From positions 51,026,001 through 51,090,000 of the forward strand of contig OX597815.1 in NCBI GenBank assembly GCA_951406725.2: a stretch of DNA of 64,000 bases. The letters are read 5' to 3'. The position numbers were made by a program, and so were the translations under genes. Positions 1 to 13,179 of the stretch are shown one piece after another (position 1 is the stretch's first letter; each line of letters starts with the position of its first letter). The notes under the pieces were generated by a model. The model ran no database searches. It saw nothing but the letters and a program-made list of their open reading frames with translations, and had not been told where the DNA came from. The stretch is from Octopus vulgaris. Its lineage: Eukaryota.

Positions 1-15
1 CTCTCAATAAATATA

Positions 16-660
16 TTTTTTAAGTGTATCCCTAAGGTTTTCTATAGAACTTAGAGTCAGTGCTGGAAGTTATGATACATCAATGTAAACAATGTGGCCG
101 AAGATAGAAAAACAGGTAAGGAGTGTATATGCATATTTCAAGAGTTATTGCTCTTTCATCAGCACCACATCCAACTGATTAACTATCCACAAACATATTG
201 CTTAAACAGTCACTAAGTTTAGTGGTGTAACACTATTGGATAAATCAATTTTATATATTAAAAACATTCCTGGCAACTGGTACATACATATTAACTGCTG
301 GTATTTCGTTTTGCAACCATAATATATAAACATGTATTTGTAGATAGTTTATGAATGGGATGTGGTACTGAAGAAAGAGCAATAACTCCTGAAATCTTCA
401 TATACACCTATTACATATTTTTCTATCTTTGATGGCATTTTTTTACATAGACATATTCATATGCAAAGTATTACAACTTTCAGTGCTATCTTTAAATTCT
501 GTAGAAAATCTGTAGAGATTACACTTAAAAAATAAAAACAACACACCACTAACACAAAATAGGACACAATATTAACTTATAAACCTTTAATATACTTAAT
601 AGTAGTTTATGGCAGGAAAACGAAATATAGGGTCCCTACCAGCAACTAATTTATAAATAT
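16..660. repeat. Unclassified interspersed repeat in inverted and permuted arrangement (minus copy ~16-325, plus pieces ~330-535 and ~540-660)
   Basis: The reverse complement of ~16-200 matches ~330-535 (GGATGTGGT.CTGA.GAAAGAGCAATAACTC.TGAAAT...ACACTTAAAAA). The same unit occurs at 16130-16375 plus 20547-20670. Confidence 0.75.
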
Positions 661-714
661 AATGATGCCTATCTAGGTACTCTCACAATATTAAGGACTT
701 GGAAACATTTTAAT

Positions 715-929
715 ACTTGAGTGCTTAAACAGGCCATATCCAACCCAAATACTCTACCTGTTTTATATTGAAACCAGTCAGATCAAACCTCTCATACCCA
801 TAATATTCTAAAAATACACAATCATGTCAACAAAATCTTAAACCCACAAATAATACATGATTAATTCAAAACAATGTGAATAAATAAGTATTACATTTAA
901 TAAAGTGATCTGAATGCTAATAGGTTAAA
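715..929 (-). mobile_element. Short MITE with (TTAA)CCCT-like ends (piggyBac-like); second copy at 46490-46690
   Basis: Ends in TGCTAATAGGTTAA. Its reverse complement aligns by eye with 46490-46690 (GCATTCAGAT...TTATTTATTCACATTG...GATATGGCC). Confidence 0.6.
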
Positions 930-1954
930 CATTTAGGACTCTCTAGGTGCCATAGTTTGTGATGATCTTTATATAACACAGAAATATAACTGACACCAGA
1001 GTTTATTCTTTCATGGTATAAATCATTACTTCTTCGGTGGACTATATATCCCATATATTTAAGTTACTTGTTGAAGGTAAGCCATATATTTATGTAAATA
1101 TACATACCATTTCATTCTCCTCCTTCAATAATCGATTGCTATCAAAGATACAAAGCCACACAATTTAGTAGGCTGTTACAGTCAATTATATTGACTCCAG
1201 TAATTGACTATACTTAAATTATCGAACCCAGATGATAAAAGGCAAAATTGATCCTGAAAGGATTCAGATTCAGAATATAAAGGGACATAACTAAACACCA
1301 CAATGCCTTTTGTCTGACACTCAACATATTCTGCCAATCCACCTCTCTCAAATCATAAAAATTAGCAATAAAAGCCATTACAGCTTATTGATATATTTCA
1401 AGTAAGCACATATGCATATATTGATTAAATAATGATTTACAGACTTTTCCAAGATACCTCTCCCAATTACTTCACCTATACGGTGGACTTGCTTGACCCC
1501 TTGATTGTTTCACTTTATATAATTTTTACCAGTTGACTTTTTGGGTATTGCCCAAGTTGCAAATTAAATATATATATTTGGTGGATTGGTGGGGAAAGGG
1601 ATGGGGGAGCATAATTTTTTTTTTTCAATCCTGATTACTGACATCTGGTAAATGTTAGCCAAATTTTAGCAGCCACGCCTCCTGTTATTGGAATCCATTC
1701 AATACGTTTTTGATCATTTCTTTTATTTTAAACACTGCTGCTTAAAAACATATTAAGCCATTTCATCAAATAATGCCAGTTTATTACAATGGAAAAGAAT
1801 GCAAAATAAATATACAAAGGCTTATAATTTCTAAAACAGTATAATTACTATTTTGTTCTAATATATCACTATTGTTGTGTTATGATATAATGACCTCAAC
1901 TGTTATTAAAAAAAACAACATTATTTCTACAAGTGACAATGAAATAATAGTTTC

Positions 1955-2160
1955 AAATTTTGGTACATGGTCAGCAATTCTAGGAGAGGGTTATGTCGAT
2001 TACATTGGCCTCAGTGCTCAAATGATACATATTTTATTGACCTTAAAAGGATGAAGGGCAAAGTGACCCCAGCAGAACTTGAACTCAGAATGTAAGGAGC
2101 TGGATGAAATGCTACTAAGCATTTTGTCTGATATACTAACGATTCTGCCAGCTCACCCCC
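1955..2160 (-). mobile_element. tRNA-derived SINE family A, old copy; further decayed copies at ~1140-1345, 11030-11215, 12980-13172, 23745-23950, 33340-33520, 37520-37732, 40755-40968, 60280-60495 (minus) and 41060-41390, 59950-60160 (plus)
   Basis: Shared blocks GAGCTGGCAGAATCGTTAG (A-box-like), TTCTGAGTTCAAAT (B-box-like), GACTTTGCCTTTCATCC and TAAGTACCAGT recur in the copies. Confidence 0.85.
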
Positions 2161-4331
2161 TTGAATGGAATAATATGGACAATTACTCAAAGCTCTTAGA
2201 CAAAATACAACCTTCAACAAACTAACAGGGAAACCCTATTCAGTACACTTTCTGTGACACACCAGTAGCAACTTGGTGTGTTTGGCTACCAGCCCAGGAT
2301 CCACTGCTTGTCAGGATAAGAAAAGCAAACTGTCAAAGAATCAGTGACTCTCTGACAGGTTTCTGGGCAAGCCTGAGACAGTGAAGACCTCTGACATTTT
2401 CAACCCCAGACCATATCCTTGCTCACTGCTATTGGGGTGGAGATGGTTATTTGTAAGCACAATCCCCATGATTCAGAGTGGCTGTTCCAGTGCATTTCCC
2501 TCACCATCGTCCAGGGCAACACCTTTTCCATTTTGTCTGCTGGGACCATTAGGCAGTCTGAATTACAAGAAATTATACATTCCATTCCTTAATGTAAAGT
2601 TACTCCATACGAATTACTTGGTTAAATTCCTTTCTTTCCTCTTTTTTTTTCGAAAAGCTAACCATTATTGGTGCCATCTCTTTCTGTAACTTCTGTTGTT
2701 GTTGCTGTTTAGCTCTTGGCTAACCTTGACAGAACATGATTATGATGACTATGATCAATGGCATTCCAGCTTCCAGCAGTGTTTTTTCTTTTCTTTCTTT
2801 TCAAATACAGGGTAACTAGGACTACATTAGCATCAGATATGAGCTCCACTACATCTAAGATAGTAAGGTATGAGGATTTGGAGAAAATATGGCAGTTTTT
2901 CCTATTTAGTTGACAACCATATAACAATTCCTGGATTACCATGTAGATGTTGAAAGGAAGGGGAAATAACATTAGAACAACCAAAGACATTTCAATACTT
3001 GTATGATCAAAGCAATTTCTTCCATTGAAAAATAGACATAAGTAGGAATATGCATATGTATGTATGTATGTATATTTTATATACATAATACACATATATA
3101 TATACATTATATGCATAATACACATATATATACATACATGTATGTATGTATGTGTGTGTGTGCATATATATATATATGTGTGTGTGTGAGTATTTATATA
3201 CATGTATAAGATGTGTATATATACATACACATATGTATATGTATATGTGTGTGGACATATAATCCAAAGTGAGGGAATGGAGCAAGTAAAATCCAGGTTG
3301 CATATGTTTCCTAGCTAGCAGAATCTCAGAAGAAGTAATTACTCAATGAGGGGTACTTCACAAGCTGCTCATCAAGTTGAAGATACCTTAGTTAAATGAA
3401 GGTTACATTGTCATTAAAGAATCTCAAGTTAACTTGCAGGAGATATAATTTAAAATGAATGATGAAGCCAGAAGAATGGAGTGTAAAAACAAAATAGAAA
3501 AACATATATGAAGAAATAAAATGGTCAGTAATAGAAAAAAAAAAAGAGGAGGTCAAAAATATGAAGGTGGGTAATGGTCTAAAATTGTTAAGAATAAAGA
3601 AAAGGAGTGGGGGTTGAGGGGGAATTTAGGTTAGATGTATAGATGGATACTGACTTTAGGGGAAGGTCATTGTGAATATTTAGCTGGGGTCATTTTGCTA
3701 TGTCAACAGTGAATAAATATATTATAGCATCCATGCATATACATTTATACAGAATCTAAAGAAAAGAAAGAAAGTAATTTTTAAAAGTGAAATGGTCAAG
3801 AGTGAGAAGATAGGAGAAGAGGTCAAATATCTAGAAGTGGAAGTAAGGAGGATTTGCTAGGAAAGAAAACTAGGGAAGAAAGAGAAAGTGATGGGTGATA
3901 AAGTTACCAGTCATTAGGGGAACATAGCAATCATAGGTAAATTGTTGGCTTACTACTTAATAGTAAAACTATATGTTCACATATTTGTGTGCACGTGTGT
4001 ACATTCTCTGTGCACCTATTCTGTAGGTGTGCATGCATGCATATGCATCTGCATATTTTTATGTGCAGAGAGGAAGGTGTATGTTACAAATACATAGACA
4101 AGCTTCAAGTAGGGGCGTGAGGAATAATTAGAGAATAATTGGGGAGAGTGCTAATATTTGCACCTTAAGAATGTGTTATATAACTTATGTTTACAATTAA
4201 GAATTAAGTTGCTCTGTTCATTCAGGCAATCGCTGCATTGCATAAGATAAGATTTCTGTGATGCAGCGATTGCATTTGTTGTTATAACCATTATACAGCT
4301 TTTCATTGGCATTTTAAATTGTATAGAACCA

Positions 4332-5063
4332 AGAGATATTTTGTGTTGGGCTGCGCCTATGGAAATTTTAAAGTTTAGCAAAAATTTTTAAATTTGGTAC
4401 ATATATGTAATTTTCTACACTGAATCTCAGGAGATACTTCACTTTTTTTCAGAAAAATTTTTACTAAAAGTTACAGAGGTTTAAAGTTGGATAATTTTTA
4501 CCCAGTCAGAAAACAGGATTTGGAAGCTGTCGTCTTGTGTGTGACAGCAAGTGCTGTCAACTGTAAACAAATGAAATATTAGTGGAATTCTGCTTTATGC
4601 ACATCATATAACCCATCATAACTTTTTTATTTTTTGGAATTTTCTGAAAATTTTTGCGAATCTATATTCAACACATGGGAATTCATACAATAATGCAAAA
4701 ACAAAAATTAAAGGTTTTCATGTGTGATTTAAAGCCTATTCGGCTGTTATTTTTAGCACTTGTCACATTGCATGTGTTTTAAGCATTTAATAAGCAACAA
4801 AAAGAACACATGATGAGAAGCTTGGTAGCAGCTTTGCTTGTTACTATGGAAGCAGATACCTATATGTCTGTGGTTTTTTGATTGGCTAAGATTACCCCAA
4901 ATTTGCAAATTTTAAAAGCTATTAATTCTTTATCCATTTATGGCAGAAATGAATTTCATGTCAATGATTACTTTACAAAATTTCACCATTACATCAAATA
5001 TGAAATCAATCAGAACAGAAATTGAAGAAACTGAAAAGTGGCAGCCAAACAGAAAAGATCCAA
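4332..5063. mobile_element. Non-autonomous DNA transposon (MITE) with degenerate TIRs
   Basis: Left end GATATTTTGTGTTGGGCTGC resembles the reverse complement of the right end, GATCTTTTCTGTTTGGCTGC. The interior is AT-rich and non-coding. Confidence 0.5.
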
Positions 5064-5069
5064 ACTGAG

Positions 5070-5690
5070 TTTTGTTTTAAGTTATGGATGAGCTTGGATA
5101 AAGAAGTTCTCCCTGGAGATTTAAAGCTAAAATAGTGCTTACAAATTCTGCCCTTGTACGTGGATACTGTATATTTATATACAATATCTTTTGTGAGGCA
5201 TCTATTATCTAAGGGAAAGGAGGAGACATTTACAGCAACATAGGGTTCTAGAAAATGCTAAAGTGGAGTTTGTAGGGTTATGATTATCTGGAGATTAACC
5301 TAGTGTTATATGCATTATCTGCTGCAGTGTTAGGATTGGTATTCATTAGGGTGGTCATCCGGGGAATGTAGCTTATAATAGTTCTCATGTCTAGTGATAT
5401 AATTCCTATCATTTCAGTGATGGGTATAGCTGGATCACTAGGTTGGTTAAGGGTACTTGGTGTAGTATTAGGATTAGGGCTGGTGATGTGAAGGTCAGGG
5501 TTGGTGAGGAGGTTTAAGGATGGCCGAGGGTTAGGAGTGGGGGCTGAGAATTAATGTGTGTTGTATTAGCATGATTAAAATCAACTAATTGTAGGCTACT
5601 AAGTTTCTTATTGTTAAGTTGCCGGATTATACCAGCAATGTTAGTTGTGGTGGAGTCAGAAAATTTAATTGATTGGATTTTTATTCACAT
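5070..5690 (-). pseudogene. Penelope-like element relic, GIY-YIG endonuclease region
   Basis: Minus-strand pieces SIKFSDSTTTNIAGIIRQLNNKKL, FPLDNRCLTKDIVYK and YKGRICKHYFSFKSP..SKLIHNLK resemble the PLE motifs KISYSC..N...II..HN.K, CPL.G.CL...IVY and FK.R...H..SF...LSK.I..LK. Confidence 0.6.
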
Positions 5691-5869
5691 CCACAACAAC
5701 CCTATATGCTAACCATGAACTATAAAATAACTTTGTTTAGCATAAAAAAAAACAATATAAGAAAACACTATGCCTATCTCACCAAACCACAAATTCACTC
5801 TTAGTATATATTACAAAACCACAAGATTGGAGAAAATTTCCATTATGTATCCAACTTTTCTCTCCATTT

Positions 5870-6790
5870 GTGCTCCAACATTCATGCTTACTAATAATAC
5901 ATTTGAGCAAGCACAACAAATATCTTTCCAGCCTTTGGAAATCTTTTGCATTCAAGGCTCAATACCTCACAGCTATGCAGCATTGCACTTAGTACACAAG
6001 CATTATGTAATTTGCCCTTCATTCTGAGAGTGGAAGTTACAGCTTCCAGAACGTTTTCCATATCATTCTTGCTCTGGCTGCAATACTTTCAAACTACCAC
6101 CTCTATTTCTGGTAATGGCATCTGGGTAACAGAAGCTATTGCCTATTCCTATGAAATTTTCTGCCCATTTGAAAAAATATATTCATGCATACTTATACCA
6201 ATAATTATAACTGTGCATTTACCATATGCAGAATCTATTTTAGTCTTTAGCCAGGCTATAATTTCACTGCACCACTTATTCATCCATACCTTGCATTGGA
6301 TATACCATATGAAATATCTATTATCTCATTTTCTGCCTATCAAGTACGACCATTTCCCTGATTGTAACAGAGTTTGAACTTGTTTCCTATTTACAGTATC
6401 TACATTGAGGCTTCTCAATTCCAAGATTTGTTTCCATATCTGGAATTTCTTTCTAAATATTCTACAGATTCAACAATGAAAGCTTGGACTTCAACAAACA
6501 AGAGTTCCCATGAACAATCATTCTTAAATTCTTCTAAAGAATTATAATAAACAGGAGGTGAGAGGGCTGAGAATTGAGTCTTAATAGACATTTTCCTGCA
6601 TGATAATTTATTCCCAGACTCATTACCAGCAATCACATTTCTGAAGCTAATTCTGTACTTGTTTAGTATGGTGCACAAATCATTCATGTCCACCTAGTTT
6701 TCTTGAACAGACTATACCTCTCTATTATTTATCCTTTCGCAAAGCCTAAAGGATTTGGAGTGGACATTAACAGACTGAAACAACACTTGG
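5870..6790 (-). pseudogene. Highly decayed, internally deleted RTE-type LINE
   Basis: The minus strand gives NVHS and QE(fs)TRW (APE N-terminus) near 6690-6775, and SFCY...KGKLHNACVLSAMLHSCE...RLER (RTE C-terminus) near 5930-6140, homologous to 48740-49000. Confidence 0.55.
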
Positions 6791-8336
6791 ACGTTTTGAT
6801 TGTCTAATATCCTGGATGAAGATGCCCCTCAGGAAGCATTACATATGAGAACAGCAGCATCAAACACTTTCAATTACCAAATACCAAACTCAATGTAAAA
6901 ACTACAATATCATTGCTTTATGCTCTCACTATATCTGCACTCACATCTTGATGTTAGGAGCTTTGACAAATAATATTTTTCAAGCAATTATTAGAGGGCA
7001 TTTCAAGCAGAGCACTTTGTTAAGGAAATGAATACCCCATTTTATGAATTTTATTAAATATTTTGGGGGAGCTTTTTATCTTATTTATTTATTTGTTTGT
7101 TTGTTTATGACTGACATAGACCATTGCTTTCCTTAAATTCTGTTTTATGTTTTTAGCCTCTAAGCTTTAGAAAGATTAGCTGTTATCCATTTTAACATTT
7201 TCAGCAATGACAAAGAAATTTAAACATACTCACATAGCTTATTTAGTGATATTAAATGGATAAGAGAATTTATGCAATGAACAGCAATAATATATCTACA
7301 TAAAATGTATTATATAGAAACACATTTTTAGATATTTTAAAAATAAAATTGTCAGAAAGGACTGTAATAATGCTTTGTAGAAATAGAAATAGATGTTATT
7401 ATGTTTCAGATCTGATATTAAACAAATGTAATCTATAAATAATATTGAATGCTCTAAGTTCAAACTACTTAACTATAAGATCCAACTTAAGATTACCTCC
7501 ATTCACTGATATGTCAACATGAGCTTACTTTCTTCAATTACTTTGGTTTCAGTGTCTTTATCATTCTGTCAGAAACAAAAAACCAAATTGAACGGAAAAT
7601 ATAAACAACAGCAAATGAGAGGATGATTGGGTTTCTTGCCCATAAGCATTAAACTTATTGGTTCTCAAAGCTTTTATTTTTATTTATTTTTTTTATTAAA
7701 GGCCATCTTAGTTTGTAGCCACCATGTAAGTATTTAAAAACAGAAAAATAATATCAATGAAAATAAATAAATATAGGTTAAATGTTACTTTGCTTATTTA
7801 TTTGAATGGATTTAAGGAGAATCTATGAGATAATTTATCACTTTTTACAATATTACCCAGAATGTTTATATTCCTGGCTGAAGTGAAATAACTTGCAAGA
7901 ACAATTCATACAAAAATAAATAAATAGATAAAATAAAAAAAGAAAATAAAAGGAAGGGAAAAAAAACGTTTGTTTTGGAAAAGTTTAATTTCCTTTTTAG
8001 ATCAATCAGTAATGGCAATAAATGACCAGAAAGACCCAGCTGTACTAAAAACTAATCAAAGATTTCCACAGCCAAACCTAGAGTCATCATTAAGGTGGAG
8101 AAGATATATTATATTCTATCCAAAATTCATTGTACTGACATCAGCTTATTAGATAAGTTGTTGCTTTTGAAACAATTGCTTTCTCTCTCTATCTCTTCCT
8201 CACTCTCTCTCTCCATCCCCCTTCCTTACTCACTATTTATCTCACAGACAGGAGAAAAATAACACAGTTAATAAAGGTAAAAATGAAATATATCAGCTTC
8301 AGCGAGTGTGTATGAATGCCTGTCTATATGTGTGAA

Positions 8337-8338
8337 AG

Positions 8339-8393
<55 letters not shown>

Positions 8394-8420
8394 GGGACAC
8401 ACATAGATAGACAGACAGAC

Positions 8421-8495
<75 letters not shown>

Positions 8496-8560
8496 GAAAG
8501 AGAGAGAGACATGCACGCACACACACACACAAAGATAAACAGATAGATAGATAGATAGAT

Positions 8561-8630
<70 letters not shown>

Positions 8631-8762
8631 GTAGATAGATAGGTAGATAGATAGGTAGATAGATAGAGAGATAGATAGATACATAGACAGACAGAAAGAG
8701 GGAAAGACAAATAAAAAATATTCTCACATCAGCTCTCCCTCTCCTTCTCCCTCTCTGTCTAT

Positions 8763-8793
<31 letters not shown>

Positions 8794-8812
8794 GCCATCT
8801 ATCTATAACTAG
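8337..8812. repeat. (GATA)n microsatellite complex followed by inverted (TATC)n
   Basis: Directly visible. Confidence 0.97.
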
Positions 8813-9081
8813 ACTAAATGCATCTATTACATGTATCACTTAAATTTAAAACCAATTTATTGAATGCTTTTGTGAGAAGATATATTAAACTTCCATTAAA
8901 TTTCTTGCTCAGTCAAATCTTTCCTTAACAGACTTCCAATAACTGTACTTCTGGTGACAAATTGTCAAAAGATTTTTAAAAATAGATTGAAGGTGAAATA
9001 TCAGTTAACAAGGATACCATAATCAAAATACAAATTCCTTCAAACTATATTGTATTTTCACTAAATAATTCTGCTTTATCA

Positions 9082-9966
9082 TAGATGCAGATATGACTCT
9101 ATGCTAAAAAATTTGCTTCCCAACCACATGATTTCAAGTTCAATCCCACTATATGACATCTTGAGCAAGTGTCTTCTACTAAAGTCTCAGACCAACTAGA
9201 CTTGTGCCTGAATTTGGTAGACAAAGTCTAAAAGAAGCTCATCATACAACTGTCAGACAAACAGTAGCGCAAAACTGTTTGTAAGAGTTTGTGAAGATTT
9301 TTCAGCTTTAATAAAAGGTATATTACTCTACCTTTGGTTTTTGAGTACAATTTTTTTCTCCCTTGTTTTGCATTTTTGTGCTTACTTGTGTGTATGTATA
9401 TACATGCACACACAATTCTAACAAATATCAAGTCAATAGTTAACTACTTACAAACACCGTTCTCCCCATTCTTACAAACACCAAGTAGATAGTTAACTCA
9501 TTTCGTGATCATGAGTGCACCAAACTTCACATGTGTGTATGCTCACATTTTCATGGATGCTTGTATGAGCGAGTGTACTTGCACCATGCAGCTTGCCTGC
9601 GGGCGTTCATACATCTATATTTGTTAATGGTTATTTTTAATATTTTTCTCACTGTATTGCATGTTCATTTCTCTCCTTTTTTTCCATCTGAGATTTTATT
9701 TTTGATCTTCTATATAAATGATGATAGTTCCTCCGACTGGCTGTTTTTCTTTCTACAAAACAATAAGTTACATTGCAGAACTGTTATCTTAACAAGTTGT
9801 ATCTATTTATCTCTTGACGTGATACGTTTGCACAACTGGATGCTCCTGAACCAGTTGTTGAGTGTCCCACCCATGAAGGATGAAGGATTGATGCTAGATG
9901 TGTCGAAACAATTGTCATATTCAATGATAAATTTATTTTCATATATTTCATCTTCCATCGATCATT

Positions 9967-10029
<63 letters not shown>

Positions 10030-10258
10030 CATATATATATACATGTGTGTGTGTGCACGCACGTACATGTCTTTGTGTTTATACTGTTCCCACTGTATGA
10101 CAACTGGTATTGGTTTGTTTACATCTCCATAACTTAGCTGTTCAGCAAATGAAACTGATCAAGTAAGCTACCAGACTTTAAAAACTAAGTACTGGGGTCC
10201 ACTTGTTTGACATCAAAGACTTTCCAAGATAGTTCCCCAGCATGGTCACAGTAAAAGA
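9082..10258 (+). mobile_element. SINE family B split by a ~700-bp Penelope-terminus-like insertion (~9250-9970) and (TA)n
   Basis: The head (9082-9245) and tail (10065-10258) match the intact copy at 22935-23352. The insert contains GAAACAATTGTC, a hammerhead stem III-like motif. Confidence 0.6.
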
Positions 10259-10363
10259 AAGATGAAAAATTGGCTCAGCTATAATTGAATACAATAACTG
10301 GGAAGAAACAGATAAGGATGCCTACAACATGGAATTTTAATATCAATGTTGATAGTATTAAAC

Positions 10364-10613
10364 CAGTGGTTCTCAACCATGACCCATATGTTTCTTGTGA
10401 GTTCATATAAGGTTTTGTGTTAAATTTTTTCTGCAATAAATTGCATAACTTCTACATTACACAAAATATTAAAACTTTTTGTATATATTCCTAATATTTA
10501 ATAATAAACTACAGTAGGATTTTTTTTTAAATACATCAAATGGCTATGGAGGTCCATCCAAATAAAATAGGAACCAAAGGCTTCCATAAACAAAAATCAG
10601 TTGAGAACCACTG
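10364..10613. mobile_element. hAT-Charlie-like MITE
   Basis: TIRs CAGTGGTTCTCAAC / GTTGAGAACCACTG; 8-bp TSD TATTAAAC / AATTAAAC. Confidence 0.85.
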
Positions 10614-11253
10614 AATTAAACCAAGAAATTTTAATTTATTTAACTTCTAGTAGTAAGGAAAAAGCAATTATCATCTATATAACTACTTCTGTTTTAAAAT
10701 TCAAGAGAGACTACTCTGGAATTCTAATTTGAATTAAATGAATTAAATATATGAATGCACTTGAGAATAATTCTGATAGTGAATACATTTCATTTATCCC
10801 AACATTTCATCCTCCAGTTCTTTTAAACTAAGATCATTTGAATAATGATAACAATTGTGCTTTAAACTAATTACAAAATTAACACCATCATCATCATTTT
10901 ACATTTGTATTTCATCCTAGCATAGGTTGATGGGTTGTCACAATCACCATTTTTAAGCATAAATGTTGTACATACCTTATTTGAAAAGATTGCTAAGGAT
11001 AGTGATAATAATAATCCTTTCTACTATAGGCATGAGGCCTGATATTTTTGGAGTAGGAGGATAGTCAATTACAGTGATCCTGCTGCTTATTTCATAAACC
11101 ACAAGGTGAAAGACAAAGTCAATCTCAGTGGCATTTGAACTCAGAATGTAAAGATAGACGAAATGCTGCTAAGCATTTTGTCAAGCATCCTAACGATTCT
11201 ATCAGCTTGCCACCGTAATAATAATGATAATGATAATAACAATAATAATAATA

Positions 11254-11708
11254 TGGGCATGATAAAAAACACATGAGCAAAAATATAGAAGCTATACCTG
11301 GACCCTCAACACTACACATTATCCTTGCTAGGAACAGTCCACATCCTACACAAGACACTATCAATTAAACAATATAACAGAAGCAAACCAATCCTCAAAC
11401 ACAGGACACATTCTATATAGCAAATATCCAATAAAATAAACAACCACCAACAGGCTAGATACCAGACACCTCCATGTTACGGGGTGTGTGCAGCAACATT
11501 GTGTATTCTTTTTTGTTGTTGGGTGAGTGCAAAATCTTCTTGGTATTGTTTTGCTTCAGTTCCTTTTGCCATGGGGTCTTGTGCAATCTTTGTTATATTA
11601 GTGCTTGTATTGTGTAATGCACTGGGTAATTTGACCTCTGGTGATTGTTTATTTTATTGGATATTTGTTATGTAGAATGTCTTGTGATTGTGAATTGTTT
11701 TGTTTGCA
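11254..11708. mobile_element. Dong/R4-like LINE 3' end (plus, 11254-11470) followed by an inverted 3'UTR copy
   Basis: GMIK..IEAIPGP..LLGTVHILHKTLSI matches the RLE C-terminal motif LLGTAHILR and follows (TAA)n. 11400-11450 is repeated in inverted form at 11638-11690. Confidence 0.65.
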
Positions 11709-12312
11709 TCGTATTAATCCTATTCCATCCAAACAAACCAACCAATATTTGAGATGTTATATACTATACCAACAAAAGCAATATAGAGGTCACCATACGA
11801 AAGTAACGTTTACCAATTAAGTCACTAAACCCCACTGTGTAGCAGCAGTACTTGACCCTTGTTGAGTTCAGAATTTATTGAAGATAGTCATGTCTTAAAT
11901 GAAATCAAACAAAAGAATCTACTTCCTATCTTTAAAATTTGCTGAATGAATAGCAAAATAAATAGCAAAATAAATCCACCACCACCACCACACAACTTCA
12001 TCCCCATATAACTACCATTCCTTCCTCTATTCCCATCACCTATTCCTCCCCACCAAATACACACAGAAATACCCACATAACTCGCTTGACCTTCATACTG
12101 GTAAAAAGAGCAAAACGCCCCCCTGTGTTTCCTCCACTAATACTATATCACCTGAATAAATGAATCAATGAGGATGATCAACCAGATTCCCACAGACACT
12201 TAAGACTACACTGTAATCATACCAGAAAGACAGACTGTGATCTTAAAAGTCATGTAATTTGTGGAAACTCACATGGCAATGCATTAAATGTTTATAAATT
12301 CCATCCTAGGGC

Positions 12313-12367
<55 letters not shown>

Positions 12368-12368
12368 T

Positions 12369-12788
12369 TATGCTTGACTTTTGCTTTGCATTTGTACAAG
12401 TTGGCTCCAAGTCTCACCCAGAGACCTCAAGAGACAACAAGTTAGAAGTTCATGTTGGTGTTATGCCTAGGGTGCCATATATTTGGTTTTGTACATAGTG
12501 TTGTTCTAGAGAATGTTTAAGAAACCATGAGAAAATTGTGTTTATTTTAAAATTTGAGTTTACATAGACAGTATTTTACATAGGATATGGGCAGTTCCCA
12601 TGAGCACTATCTTTTGAATTTCTGCCATTTTGGTGTTTCCTGGTATCTGAGCTAGGTAGCAATCAGCCCCTTTTGCTATCATTCCTATGACAACAGGTAT
12701 TGTTTTAGTCTGCTATCATTCCTAAGGCACCTATGACAATGGTTATTGTTTTAGTCAGGTATTGTTTTAGTCATAGGTATTGTTGTTG

Positions 12789-12790
<2 letters not shown>
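12369..12790 (-). mobile_element. Dong/R4-clade (RLE) LINE, 5'-truncated 3' end inserted in (TAA)n
   Basis: Minus strand TKTITIVIGALGMIA / KGADCYLAQIPGNTKMAEIQKIVLMGTAHILCKILSM*, flanked by (TTA)n on both sides. Dong elements are known to target TAA repeats. Confidence 0.85.
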
Positions 12791-12826
<36 letters not shown>

Positions 12827-13179
12827 GTTATTATTACTATTAGATATCGTCAGTAGTTCATATGTCCCCAAAAGAGCACACTGTACAACATTAGAGCAGT
12901 AATATATATTTTTTAGGGAGCTAATCATTATGACCAGTCACATGTTTTCCACCTACTATATGTATATTGGTTTTATCTTTTGACACAAGGCCAGCGATTT
13001 GGGGTAAGAGGGTAAGTCAATTACATTGACCTCAGTACTCAACTGGTTCTTAATTTATCGACCCCAAAAGGATAAAAAGTAAAGTTGACCTTGGCAGAAT
13101 TTGAACTCAGAACATAAAGATGAATGAAATGCCGCTAAGCATTTTGCTTGGTGTGGTTATGATTCAGCCAGTTTATATA

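Noticed and set aside
2300-2600. Possible Gypsy integrase remnant or host exon (minus strand)
   Set aside because: Only a vague His/Cys/Trp pattern with stops; not supportable by eye.
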